Shown here: in pieces, positions 37,797 through 46,952 of the stretch
How positions within the stretch are numbered: the first letter of the stretch is position 1
Layout of the letters: every line of letters starts with the position of its first letter
From: Anaerolineales bacterium
GTDB taxonomy: Bacteria; Chloroflexota; Anaerolineae; Anaerolineales; UBA11858
DNA: 64,000 bases
Direction of reading: 5' to 3'
Assembly: GCA_049644605.1 (NCBI GenBank)
Contig: JBARSF010000071.1
Location: forward strand, 38,943-102,942
Translations under genes and position numbers: made by a program
Notes under the pieces: model-generated
Databases searched by the model: none
What the model was told of the DNA's origin: nothing
What the model saw: only the letters and a program-made list of their open reading frames with translations

Positions 37797-39092
37797 ATGC
37801 GTGTACTACATATAAATTCCACTTCCCATACCGGGGGAGCTGCCCGTGCCATGCGCCGGCTGCATGGTGCCCTGGTTGAAAAAAAACACCAGTCTCAATT
37901 TCTGGTCGGTCGAAGTAAATACCCCGAAGATTCTTTGGTGCATTTAATCTGGGATGTGGTATCACCTTATCGATCGCTGGAAAACAGTTTAAAATCCCGG
38001 ATTGGCAATATTATTGAAAAATATGTAGGCATTCACCCCTGGGCTAACAGGACAACCTTACATGTTGTTGATACGCCCTTATACCGTTGGGCGGATATTA
38101 TTGACTTGCGGAACCTTTTTGGTGGTTTTTTTAATCTCTGGAGTTTGCCGTCCTTATCCGCAGGGAAACCAGTTGTTTGGCGGCTGCCGGATCTGTGGGC
38201 CCTAACCGGACATTGTGCGTACCCGTATAATTGTGAGCGCTGGAAAACAGGTTGTTTTGACTGCCCCCTGTTGACCCGGGATGGCCGTAAGATGGTTGAA
38301 CCTCAACCAACGATCTGGGATGGAACCCGTCGAGTTTGGCAAGCAAAAAAAGATCTCTACCGAAAATCTCAATTGCATATCGTTGTAACAACCCAATGGA
38401 TGCAGAACAATGTTCAACAAAGCATCCTGGGTGATGCTCTATCCATTAATGTGATTTCCAATGGAGTAAACCTCGAGATATATCAACCTATCTCCAGAGA
38501 GAAAGCCCGATCCAAGCTTGGATTACCCCAAGACGAAAATTTGCTGCTCTGGGCGGCCGGCGGCAAGGGAAATTACCGGAAAGGCTATCACCTGGTTGTT
38601 AAAGCTCTGGAGGAGCTCCAGGAAAAGGGGGATTTCAGTCCTATGCTGCTCACTATGGGAGGTGAAGAAGGCTGGAAGTACCCGGATACCCTCCCAAAAA
38701 TTAAACATTTTGGGTATGTCAGAGATGCCGGCCAGCAAGCGTTGATCTATGCTGCTGCAGATGCGTTTATTTGCTCCACCCTGGCAGATGGCCAGCCGCA
38801 GACCGCGCTTGAATCCCTGGCCTGCGGGACTCCGATCATTGCCTTTGATATCGGACCTATGCCTGATCTGGCAATAAATGGTGAAACCGGATATCTGGCG
38901 CCTGATACATCAGCCAAGGCTTTGAGGGAAGTAATTGAAATATTCCTGCTCAAGACTGACCGATATTCGGCGATGCGGGAAAACTGCCGCAAGCAGGCGC
39001 TGGATAAGTATGACCTTGGTAGGCAAACGGAAAAATATGTTCAATTGTATGAAGGGGTATTGGCAGAAAATTGGGGAAAATCAACACCTTAA
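37797..39092 (+). CDS. GT-B glycosyltransferase (GT4-like)
   Basis: N-terminal HTGGAARA and a C-terminal E-x7-E-type region (ESLACGTPIIAFDIGPMPDLAINGETGYL). Confidence 0.8.
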   Translation: MRVLHINSTSHTGGAARAMRRLHGALVEKKHQSQFLVGRSKYPEDSLVHLIWDVVSPYRSLENSLKSRIGNIIEKYVGIHPWANRTTLHVVDTPLYRWADIIDLRNLFGGFFNLWSLPSLSAGKPVVWRLPDLWALTGHCAYPYNCERWKTGCFDCPLLTRDGRKMVEPQPTIWDGTRRVWQAKKDLYRKSQLHIVVTTQWMQNNVQQSILGDALSINVISNGVNLEIYQPISREKARSKLGLPQDENLLLWAAGGKGNYRKGYHLVVKALEELQEKGDFSPMLLTMGGEEGWKYPDTLPKIKHFGYVRDAGQQALIYAAADAFICSTLADGQPQTALESLACGTPIIAFDIGPMPDLAINGETGYLAPDTSAKALREVIEIFLLKTDRYSAMRENCRKQALDKYDLGRQTEKYVQLYEGVLAENWGKSTP

Positions 39093-39131
39093 GTATTTCT
39101 GGACTGAACCCCTAAAAAAGGACACAAAAAT

Positions 39132-39180
39132 AAGACACCTCTCGTACAATAAACATATGGGAGGTGTCTTTAATTATTCT
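39132..39180 (+). terminator. Terminator-like hairpin after the GT4 gene
   Basis: AAGACACCTCTC (39132-39143) pairs with GGGAGGTGTCTT (39159-39170) around a 15 nt loop, followed by the T-rich TAATTATTCTT. Confidence 0.5.
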
Positions 39181-39190
39181 TGAGTTTCCC

Positions 39191-39384
39191 AGGGACTGAA
39201 GTCCCTACTTTGGGTCTTCGCCTACGCTCAGACCGAGCATCGACCTGCGTCGATGCTTAAGCTTCTCACTTATCCTAGGTGTCACAGAGAAATTAAGCGT
39301 CCCTGGAGAGGGACGCTCAGTCTTTGTCCTGCGACCGCAGGTCGTACCGCAGGGCAAAGCTCCTGCTGCGACTTTAGTCGGCAC
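39191..39384. other. Dense multi-hairpin element (structured RNA or REP/BIME-like palindrome cluster), strand unknown
   Basis: Hairpins: AGGGAC-TGAA-GTCCCT (39191-39206); GCATCGAC-CTGC-GTCGATGC (39237-39256); GCGTCCCT-GGAG-AGGGACGC (39297-39316); a 12-bp stem CTTTGTCCTGCG/CGCAGGGCAAAG (39322-39359) enclosing CGACC-GCA-GGTCG; and CGAC-TTTA-GTCG (39369-39380). Confidence 0.5.
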
Positions 39385-39547
39385 TAATAAGAAACCGACA
39401 CCTTTGGAATGCAGACGTCAGTTTGTATAATTGATCCAATGAGGGGTGTTACTTATTTGTTCACTTTATGGGGTGCACTCCATTCTAAACCCGGGATAAT
39501 CTTTACAGATCAGCTGGAGTGGGGGATTTTTAATTTTTGGGGAATTA

Positions 39548-40345
39548 CTATTTACCGAGCAGTGACTTGATTTTCGCTCGCCAGGGATGTTTTTGCTGTT
39601 CCTGCCAACGCTGGTAGGAGCCAATCCTGGCGGGGGTTACTTTAGTGAGCAGTTTTTCTGTATTTTGTGTAAAAGAGATCGATAAAAAGTTGAATAGCTG
39701 CCGTGTTTGTTCCTGGGGCTGGGTACAAAAATCCTCGTAGGTAAGTTCAAAGTAAGCCTGGCAGTCACCAGATTGATCCAATACCCGCTGTGTGTAAGCC
39801 TCTGTGAGCGTTTTCCAATGATCAAAGTCATCCAGGATACCAACACCCGCCTTGTATTTTCCAGTCAGGGAAGCAGCGACATCATTTGGATTCCTCCGAA
39901 TATGGACAACCTTTGCCCCGGGAAATATCCGGAGATAGAGCGGCAGGAGCAGACACAAACGCGGATCTTTTATCCCCCATTTTGATACGCCGTCATATCC
40001 CCACTGCAAATAATCTACCAGCCAATGTTTTTTGATAAAAGCGCCAACGGAATTTTCATAAGCCAGTACTTCTTCTTTACTCATTAAGGGAAGTTTTGCC
40101 CAATTTCCCCCTCCGCCGAGGATCACTCGATCATTGATGAAATTGGAGAAGAAGTAGGATTCATGATGTTTCATATTAGCGCCAAAAAAGATCCCACTTT
40201 CATGGAGAATTTCAGTCAGGATCGATGTCCCGGAATTATGCATGCCAACAATAAGCACTGGCTGCTTTTCATTATTAACAGATTGTATAGTTTTGAGATC
40301 TATTGGGGGTAGATCCCTTTCTGATGGAAAAAATATCTTTTTCAT
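39548..40345 (-). CDS. Sulfotransferase family protein
   Basis: 5'-PSB-like loop VGMHNSGTS and a 3'-PB-like region KDPRLCLLLP...VVHIRRNPNDVAAS. Confidence 0.75.
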   Translation of the reverse strand: MKKIFFPSERDLPPIDLKTIQSVNNEKQPVLIVGMHNSGTSILTEILHESGIFFGANMKHHESYFFSNFINDRVILGGGGNWAKLPLMSKEEVLAYENSVGAFIKKHWLVDYLQWGYDGVSKWGIKDPRLCLLLPLYLRIFPGAKVVHIRRNPNDVAASLTGKYKAGVGILDDFDHWKTLTEAYTQRVLDQSGDCQAYFELTYEDFCTQPQEQTRQLFNFLSISFTQNTEKLLTKVTPARIGSYQRWQEQQKHPWRAKIKSLLGK

Positions 40346-40360
40346 TTAATATCTATTTTA

Positions 40361-41233
40361 TTACATAATATTGAACCCAAAGGATTTAACTATTGTAAGA
40401 TCCTCTGGATCAAATTGTTTAAGATCCTGGTTTTTGTATCTACCTAAAGAATCTGGAATTCTAGGTAGTTTCTGAGCTGCCAGAATAGTATCTTGATCAA
40501 CATCTAGATCGAGGAAAGAAACTAAATCACCAATGCTCTTATGCGGTTGTTGACAAAGTTGATCAAAATTGATTTGCATGTACTTACCTTCACCCAATGT
40601 TTTTCCAATCTCAGCCACCATCTTATTTGCCCTGGCCCAGAATTTTAATGCAGTCCGAGGATAATCTGCTTTTGTTTCTGGGGATGGGATATTAAAGAAT
40701 TGTCCCCAAGCTTTTAGCTGTCGTTGATTTCTACTAAATGCCATATCTACACCATGACGGATAGTGTGAATATATTTTATATTCTTAAAATGCTCAGATA
40801 TGGATTCTAGAAGTAAATAGGAATTGGGTTCTTTCCACCCCCAGCCAATGTATCGTGGGTCAACGAATCGTGGGTTACGAAGAATATTATTGAGCCTTCT
40901 AAATGACCAGGTTTTTTCGTCGCGGTAATGCAATGACATATCCGTAACAGCGTAAAACAGAAACCACAGCTCTTGAATTGATAACGAGTATCGTTTCAGT
41001 AATAGTTTTTCTAGCAGAGATAATCCAGTATTAATTCTTGTTGGATTATTATATGATTTATAAAACCAGGATTGCCTTCTGAATAAAAGTGTATACAGCA
41101 GGTTATCTGAGGAAACGTTCAAGTCATCTCCGAGGAAAAAACCGAACAGGGAGCAAAGTTCTGCTACCAGACGGGTTCCGCTACCACCCATTCCTCCGAT
41201 TACCAATGGTCCATTTTCCTTCCAAGAATTCAT
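40361..41233 (-). CDS. Sulfotransferase family protein
   Basis: P-loop-like IGGMGGSGTRLV and WGWKEPNS...YIHTIRHGVDMAFS, a pattern like that of the neighbouring sulfotransferase. Confidence 0.7.
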   Translation of the reverse strand: MNSWKENGPLVIGGMGGSGTRLVAELCSLFGFFLGDDLNVSSDNLLYTLLFRRQSWFYKSYNNPTRINTGLSLLEKLLLKRYSLSIQELWFLFYAVTDMSLHYRDEKTWSFRRLNNILRNPRFVDPRYIGWGWKEPNSYLLLESISEHFKNIKYIHTIRHGVDMAFSRNQRQLKAWGQFFNIPSPETKADYPRTALKFWARANKMVAEIGKTLGEGKYMQINFDQLCQQPHKSIGDLVSFLDLDVDQDTILAAQKLPRIPDSLGRYKNQDLKQFDPEDLTIVKSFGFNIM

Positions 41234-41246
41234 GATATTATTTTAC

Positions 41247-42161
41247 CTAATTATCTAACCAATCTTGACAATCCCAACCTGTGATTCGTTCCAGATTTCT
41301 GATCTCAAACTCATAAATTTGCTTCAATAGATCACGTTCTTCTACACTCATTGGGGAAGCATAATACCTTGTATGACGATTTATCGGCTCAACTGTATTC
41401 AAACTAGATACTTCTATAAATTGGTAGATTTGATTTAGACATTTTTTCGGGTCTTCTCGTAACTGCTTATTCCTCATAATCATTATCTGTTCCTCAGGGA
41501 AAAATGACCGGAGTCTCCTTATTTGTTCTGTATAAAAACCACGATCCAGATATGAAAAACGTCGATTCTGCCAGGGAAGGGATTCCTGTCGACGCTTTTC
41601 TTCTGATTGGATCGCATCAAAAAAAGACAAAGTGTCATATCCTCGATCCCTCTGCATATTCCAATGGGAGTATGCTCTTTCTATTGGACTCCGGAGGATG
41701 ATAATCAACTTCATGTTTGGATTGTATTCCCAGATCCTGCGGGGGACAGTGTACCAATACATATACACTGGGGTTGTCTCTCCCACGACTCTATGGTCTT
41801 GGTTGGGATTAAAAAATGCGTGGTACTGACAATAGTCCGGTTTTTGATAAAGAAAATTATTTTCCCTATCAAAATAATGAACCTCTTTATATTTGGCCAT
41901 GCAGACTTCTGGGTGTTGCCGCAGGTATGTATCTAAAGCTGTTGTTCCACCCTTTTGTGTTCCGCAAACGAGGAAGTTGACAATCGGTGCTGGTGATGGG
42001 TTCAGCAACAGTTTTAGGTCATGACGAATTCTCTCAAAGTAAGTAACACGGATATGATGGATAACGGATTTGAGTTTACTCATTATAATGTGGTCTATCA
42101 CTGGGCTAAATTGAAAAACCGTCAAATTTTTTCTGAGTCGATTAGAATACAACCGATGCAT
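41247..42161 (-). CDS. Sulfotransferase domain protein (Sulfotransfer_1-like)
   Basis: CGTQKGGTTAL (5'-PSB), KEVHYFD, and ILRSPIERAYSHW (3'-PB). The start is uncertain: 42161 or ATG 42083. Confidence 0.82.
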   Translation of the reverse strand: MHRLYSNRLRKNLTVFQFSPVIDHIIMSKLKSVIHHIRVTYFERIRHDLKLLLNPSPAPIVNFLVCGTQKGGTTALDTYLRQHPEVCMAKYKEVHYFDRENNFLYQKPDYCQYHAFFNPNQDHRVVGETTPVYMYWYTVPRRIWEYNPNMKLIIILRSPIERAYSHWNMQRDRGYDTLSFFDAIQSEEKRRQESLPWQNRRFSYLDRGFYTEQIRRLRSFFPEEQIMIMRNKQLREDPKKCLNQIYQFIEVSSLNTVEPINRHTRYYASPMSVEERDLLKQIYEFEIRNLERITGWDCQDWLDN

Positions 42162-42332
42162 ACTATCAGTAAAAGCGATTTATCTCTTATCAATCCTACC
42201 ATTTTATTTCATCCTTGTGGTTATTGAGCTGTATTTGATTGGGCTTAAGGAAAGGCGTTTTTGGATTGTTCCTGTTTCAGTAAAAATCAATTTATAGCAT
42301 GGGAAGATGAGTATTCCAGGAACCATCGGTAG

Positions 42333-42361
42333 TTGATAAGTTAAATCAGGGGTGATATACT
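42333..42361 (+). promoter_or_regulatory. Candidate extended -10 promoter for rfbCBAD
   Basis: TTGATA (42333-42338), 17 nt spacer ending in TGa, then TATACT (42356-42361). About 72 nt upstream of the rfbC ATG. Confidence 0.45.
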
Positions 42362-42433
42362 GGCTGTTATTGATGGACCGTGTCCAGAAGGATTATTCCA
42401 TTTGCCTAGCTGGCAATAATTTTAGATCCTGCC

Positions 42434-42982
42434 ATGTTATTTTCTCCGACGAGTATTCCCGAAGTAATAGAAATCACTCCCAAGATCTTTAAGGATTCAC
42501 GGGGTGAATTCCTGGAAGTATATCGTTCCGCGGAATTTGCTGAAGCTGGAATAAATCTGGAATTTGTGCAAGATAACCATGCCGGGTCCTATCAAGGGGT
42601 GCTGCGGGGTTTACACTATCAAATTCAACAAGCCCAAGGAAAACTCGTTCGTGTGATCTCCGGAGAGATCTACGATGTTGCGGTAGACCTCCGGAAAGGG
42701 TCCACCACTTTTGGTTTAGCTGTTGGCATGCAATTATCAGATCAGAAAAAGAATCAGCTCTGGATTCCTCCCGGATTTGCGCACGGATATTATGTTATAA
42801 GTGATTGGGCTGAAGTTAGTTACAAGGTAACAGAATATTATGCGTCAGAACATGAAAGAACCTTGTTATGGAATGATCCCCAATTGAAGATTAACTGGCC
42901 CTTGATATCCAAGATACACCCCCTGCTATCAGAAAATGATCTTCAAGGTCATCTCCTTAGCGAAGCAGAAACCTATGAGTGA
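42434..42982 (+). CDS. rfbC: dTDP-4-dehydrorhamnose 3,5-epimerase
   Basis: Cupin-type RmlC pattern (FKDSRGEFLE, GVLRGLHYQ, PPGFAHGY). 182 aa. Confidence 0.93.
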   Translation: MLFSPTSIPEVIEITPKIFKDSRGEFLEVYRSAEFAEAGINLEFVQDNHAGSYQGVLRGLHYQIQQAQGKLVRVISGEIYDVAVDLRKGSTTFGLAVGMQLSDQKKNQLWIPPGFAHGYYVISDWAEVSYKVTEYYASEHERTLLWNDPQLKINWPLISKIHPLLSENDLQGHLLSEAETYE

Positions 42983-42985
42983 ACT

Positions 42986-44068
42986 ATGAAAAATGTTTTG
43001 GTTACTGGAGGTGCCGGTTTTATCGGCTCTAATTTTATCCGCTATCTATTCGAACAGGATCCAGAAGTCCGGATTATTAACCTGGATTTATTAACCTATG
43101 CCGGCAGCCTGGAAAATTTATCCGATTTGACCGATCCTGAACGCCATTATTTTATCGAAGGTGATATTTGTGACCGGGATTTATTGGAACAGATTTTTAA
43201 AGAGCAAGCCATCGATCTTGTGGTTCATTTTGCGGCGGAATCCCATGTAGATCGATCGATCCTGGGTCCCGAAGAATTTATCCGCACAAATATTCAGGGG
43301 ACATTTACTTTGCTCGAGGTGGTTAGAAAGCATTGGCAGAATGACCAAAATGGAATCCGACAGGACGTGCGATTTCACCACATCTCCACAGATGAAGTAT
43401 ATGGGTCATTGGATCCGGATGAACCGGCTTTTTCTGAACAAACACCCGTAGCGCCAAATTCTCATTATGCAGCATCAAAAGCCGCCAGTGATCATCTTGT
43501 TCGTGCTTACTATCACACCTATGGATTACCGGTAACAATCACTAACTGTTCCAATAACTATGGCCCCTACCAATTTCCAGAAAAGTTAATTCCATTAATT
43601 ATCCTGAATGCCTGGGAAGGAAAACCGCTGCCAATTTATGGGGATGGTCAACAAATCCGCGACTGGTTATTTGTGGAAGATCATTGCCGGGCTATCTGGA
43701 CAGTGATTCAGAAAGGAAAACCGGGAGAAGTTTATAATGTTGGCGGGAATAACCAGCCTGCCAATTTAGAAATTGTCAGCCAAATATGTCAAGTACTCGA
43801 TGCGAAGCTGCCCGAGTCTCCTTATGTACCCCATTTTGAACTCGTAGAGCACGTGAAAGATCGTCCTGGTCATGACCGTCGTTATGATATGAATATCCAG
43901 AAGATTCAAGAAGAACTGGAGTGGGAACCGGCTGTATCCCTCGAGGAGGGGATCCAAAAAACTGTTTCCTGGTATTTGGACCACGAGGATTGGATTAAAA
44001 AGATCCGTAAACAACAGGATTATCAGTCATGGATGAAGAATAATTATCAGGAAAGGGATCAAAAATGA
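42986..44068 (+). CDS. rfbB: dTDP-glucose 4,6-dehydratase
   Basis: [32 protein letters not shown], and HDRRYDM motifs. Confidence 0.95.
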   Translation: MKNVLVTGGAGFIGSNFIRYLFEQDPEVRIINLDLLTYAGSLENLSDLTDPERHYFIEGDICDRDLLEQIFKEQAIDLVVHFAAESHVDRSILGPEEFIRTNIQGTFTLLEVVRKHWQNDQNGIRQDVRFHHISTDEVYGSLDPDEPAFSEQTPVAPNSHYAASKAASDHLVRAYYHTYGLPVTITNCSNNYGPYQFPEKLIPLIILNAWEGKPLPIYGDGQQIRDWLFVEDHCRAIWTVIQKGKPGEVYNVGGNNQPANLEIVSQICQVLDAKLPESPYVPHFELVEHVKDRPGHDRRYDMNIQKIQEELEWEPAVSLEEGIQKTVSWYLDHEDWIKKIRKQQDYQSWMKNNYQERDQK

Positions 44069-44955
44069 AAGGAATTATCCTGGCAGGTGGAAAAGGAACC
44101 AGATTATACCCTTTAACAATTGGAGTAAGTAAACAGCTGCTTCCTGTCTATGATAAACCCATGGTGTATTATCCGCTATCCATGCTGATGCTTGCTGGTA
44201 TCCGTGAAATTTTACTTATCAGTACACCAGAATCTCTACCGATTTTCGAAAGACTTTTCGGTAGTGGAGAAAAACTGGGTCTGCGCTTTGAGTATATCGA
44301 GCAGGATAAACCCAGGGGCCTGGCTGATGCATTCCGCGTCGGGCGGGATTTTATTGGAGATGATGCTGTCGCCTTAATCCTGGGAGATAATATTTTCTTT
44401 GGACATGGGTTGCCGGATCGGTTGAAAACTGCAGCAGCCCTCAAACAGGGAGCCACCATATTTGCCTATGCTGTTAACGATCCCGAACGGTACGGGGTGG
44501 TTGAATTTACAGAGAGTGGGAAAGCCCTCAGCATTGAAGAAAAACCCCAAAATCCTCGCTCAGATTATGCCGTACCAGGATTATATTTTTATGACAACCA
44601 GGTTGTTGATATTGCTGATAAACTCCAACCGTCCCAGCGGGGAGAGTTGGAAATTACTGATGTGAACCGGATCTATTTAGAACGCGAGGAGCTGCAGGTG
44701 ATTGTGTTAGGACGGGGTACAGCCTGGTTGGACGCAGGAAATCCGAGTTCTTTACTCCAGGCAGCAAACTTCATCCAGGCTGTGGAAGAACGCCAGGGGA
44801 TGATGATCTCCTGCCCGGAGGAAATTGCTTTCCGGTCAGGATATATCAATCGGGAGCAGCTATTAACACTGGCTCAAGAGCATAACGGGACTCGATATGG
44901 AGAGTATCTGGAAGATCAGGCAAACGGGAGAGAGGATTTTGCCGGGCGGAGCTGA
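44065..44955 (+). CDS. rfbA: Glucose-1-phosphate thymidylyltransferase
   Basis: [19 protein letters not shown]-terminus and the PRGLADAF and LGDNIF motifs. Confidence 0.95.
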   Translation: MKGIILAGGKGTRLYPLTIGVSKQLLPVYDKPMVYYPLSMLMLAGIREILLISTPESLPIFERLFGSGEKLGLRFEYIEQDKPRGLADAFRVGRDFIGDDAVALILGDNIFFGHGLPDRLKTAAALKQGATIFAYAVNDPERYGVVEFTESGKALSIEEKPQNPRSDYAVPGLYFYDNQVVDIADKLQPSQRGELEITDVNRIYLEREELQVIVLGRGTAWLDAGNPSSLLQAANFIQAVEERQGMMISCPEEIAFRSGYINREQLLTLAQEHNGTRYGEYLEDQANGREDFAGRS

Positions 44956-44958
44956 GCG

Positions 44959-45852
44959 ATGAGGATCCTGGTTATCGGCAGTACCGGTCAATTGGGGTGG
45001 GAATTGCAGCGTTCCCTGCTGCCGGTGGGGGAGGTTTTCCCGGTAGATTACCCGGAGATAGATTTAACTGATCAAGGTAGTATCGAAGATTGGGTCAGGA
45101 ATGAAAAACCGGATGTAATTATCAACGCTGCAGCTTATACGGCAGTAGATCAGGCGGAAGAAGAATTTGAACTGGCCCGGAAAATCAATTCAATGGCCCC
45201 CGGAATTCTTGCCAAAGAAGCTTTAGCCGCCAAATCTTTATTGATCCATTTTTCAACTGATTTTGTTTTTGATGGAAAGAAAGGAGATCCCTACCGGGAA
45301 ACAGATACCCCCAATCCTATCAATGTTTATGGAGAAACCAAACTGGCAGGAGAGGGTGCAGTTCAACAAGTTGGCGGGGAGTATTACATCTTCAGAACCA
45401 GCTGGGTGTACAGTACCCGGCGGGATTGTTTCCTAACCAAGGTTCTCCAATGGTCCCGAACCCGGGAAACACTAAATATTGTTACAGATCAAATCGGCAG
45501 TCCCACCTGGAGCAGGACGCTTGCGGATACTACTGCGCAAGCGCTGGTTATCATGGAAACCAAGGGGAAAACTTGGAGAGTTGATCATTCCGGTATTTAT
45601 CATCTGGCCGGAAATGGTTCTGTAAACCGGTTTGATTGGGCAAGGAACATCCTTGAGTTGGATCCCCGACCTGAAGAACAGATAGTAACTTTAGTACAGC
45701 CGGCCAAAAGTAATGAATTTAAGACAGCTGCCAGACGTCCAGAAAACTCTGCCCTGGACTGCACCCATTTTCAGGAAACCTTTGATTTGTTTAAATCCGA
45801 TTGGCTAACTTCCCTGAAAATGGCAATGTCTTCTTTTTACCAATCAACTTAA
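44959..45852 (+). CDS. rfbD: dTDP-4-dehydrorhamnose reductase
   Basis: RmlD pattern (GSTGQLG, INAAAYTAVDQAE, YGETKLAGE). Completes the rfbCBAD set. Confidence 0.92.
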   Translation: MRILVIGSTGQLGWELQRSLLPVGEVFPVDYPEIDLTDQGSIEDWVRNEKPDVIINAAAYTAVDQAEEEFELARKINSMAPGILAKEALAAKSLLIHFSTDFVFDGKKGDPYRETDTPNPINVYGETKLAGEGAVQQVGGEYYIFRTSWVYSTRRDCFLTKVLQWSRTRETLNIVTDQIGSPTWSRTLADTTAQALVIMETKGKTWRVDHSGIYHLAGNGSVNRFDWARNILELDPRPEEQIVTLVQPAKSNEFKTAARRPENSALDCTHFQETFDLFKSDWLTSLKMAMSSFYQST

Positions 45853-45942
45853 AAACTGATAGTCTTTTCAATTGTCCTTCGCAGGGTTAGATTTGGTAAC
45901 CAGAAAGCCAGAAACTCATTCCCAGATTTGCCTGTCCTCCTT

Positions 45943-46776
45943 ATGAAATCAACAGCCTTTTGCATTACTGGATGGCATTATCCTCTGGATTTTTACCAAG
46001 CGTTTGCCGGTATTTCCGATGTCGATATTTACATAGTTTCTCACCAAAAACGCCTTGATATACCTGATTTCCTAATTGCTTTATTTTCTGAGGAACAAAT
46101 CTTATTTCGTTCCAATATTGGATATGACTGGGGATGTTACCAACAATTTATCAACAGTGGGTTATGGCAGCAGTATCAGACGCTGTTTTTTTTACATGAT
46201 GACATCAAGATCCATGATTTTGGTTTTGTAGAAGAAGCAAAAGAAATGTTAAAAACACACGCGGTGATTGGAAACGGCCAGGGCAAAGGAGGAGTGAGTT
46301 TCACCGGTGTCCGCAGTCACCCATATGCTTACGTCCATTCCAGCTATAAGCCAGGCTCATTTGAATTTCAACACCACACAGTACGGGGATCGTTTTTTGC
46401 CACCACTTCGGCATTCATAAAGCAGCTTAAAACCTTTGAGGTGTACTGGGATCCCCTTAAGATATTTATAGGTTTTGGGAATTGGAGTACCAAAGCAACT
46501 TGTGGGAAAATGGAAGAGACCTTCGGTCCAAATTGTTTTGGATATTTGTCTGATACGTTTGGTCAGAGCAAGTATATTACTGAATTTGTGAGAGGAGAGG
46601 ATGGGGGAGACCTCAGCCAGCCGGAAGGGATTAGGCTGAAAATATACCGGCTAATAAAAAGAATTTCCAGTGTTTACCTTGAGATTTATTACCGGGAAAG
46701 GGCATCCCGGGTCCGGTCTGCCTGGTTGATGTTATTAAGACCTTTCTTATCATTCTTTTCTGGAAAGCTGTACTGA
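45943..46776 (+). CDS. Hypothetical protein (possible glycan-synthesis enzyme of unknown family)
   Basis: Long clean ORF directly after rfbD. Only weak resemblance (NIGYDWG...FFLHDD) to RgpF-type rhamnan synthesis proteins. The start is uncertain. Confidence 0.55.
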   Translation: MKSTAFCITGWHYPLDFYQAFAGISDVDIYIVSHQKRLDIPDFLIALFSEEQILFRSNIGYDWGCYQQFINSGLWQQYQTLFFLHDDIKIHDFGFVEEAKEMLKTHAVIGNGQGKGGVSFTGVRSHPYAYVHSSYKPGSFEFQHHTVRGSFFATTSAFIKQLKTFEVYWDPLKIFIGFGNWSTKATCGKMEETFGPNCFGYLSDTFGQSKYITEFVRGEDGGDLSQPEGIRLKIYRLIKRISSVYLEIYYRERASRVRSAWLMLLRPFLSFFSGKLY

Positions 46777-46884
46777 CATTTTTTAGTTTATATTACCCCC
46801 AATAATCCAATAGTAAAAAATTACCAGGCAGCCCTTACAGGGTTTAATCCTTTAACCAACCATGACCTAGAGGAATGGTAACTC

Positions 46885-46929
46885 TTGACCGATGGAGTAT
46901 TTCGGTTATAATTCAAGGGTTGAATTATA
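46885..46929 (+). promoter_or_regulatory. Sigma70-type promoter with an overlapping palindromic operator candidate
   Basis: TTGACC (46885-46890), 16 nt spacer, TATAAT (46907-46912). The palindrome TTATAATTCA-AGGGT-TGAATTATA (46906-46929) overlaps the -10 box. The regulator ATG is at 46953. Confidence 0.55.
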
Positions 46930-46952
46930 GAATATTTGGAGCTGAATACAGT

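Noticed and set aside
39297-39384. The strings GGGACGC and GCAGGGCAAAGC resemble conserved segments of the c-di-GMP-I (GEMM) riboswitch, which often precedes polysaccharide genes.
   Set aside because: The two segments are in the opposite order to the riboswitch consensus as I recall it. I could not build the tetraloop/receptor two-hairpin architecture. No gene starts downstream in either orientation, because the region lies between convergent genes.
39181-39547. The 367-nt structured gap might hold a housekeeping RNA (RNase P RNA, tmRNA, SRP RNA or 6S RNA).
   Set aside because: The universal motifs are absent. There is no GAGGAAAGTCC-type P4 sequence, no tRNA-like 3' end with a TTCGA T-loop, and no SRP GGAA/AGCA domain.
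39439-39567. A 42-codon plus-strand ORF (MRGVTYLFTLWGALHS…) downstream of the promoter-like sequence.
   Set aside because: It has no Shine-Dalgarno sequence, overlaps the 3' end of the minus-strand sulfotransferase gene, and has no recognisable features.
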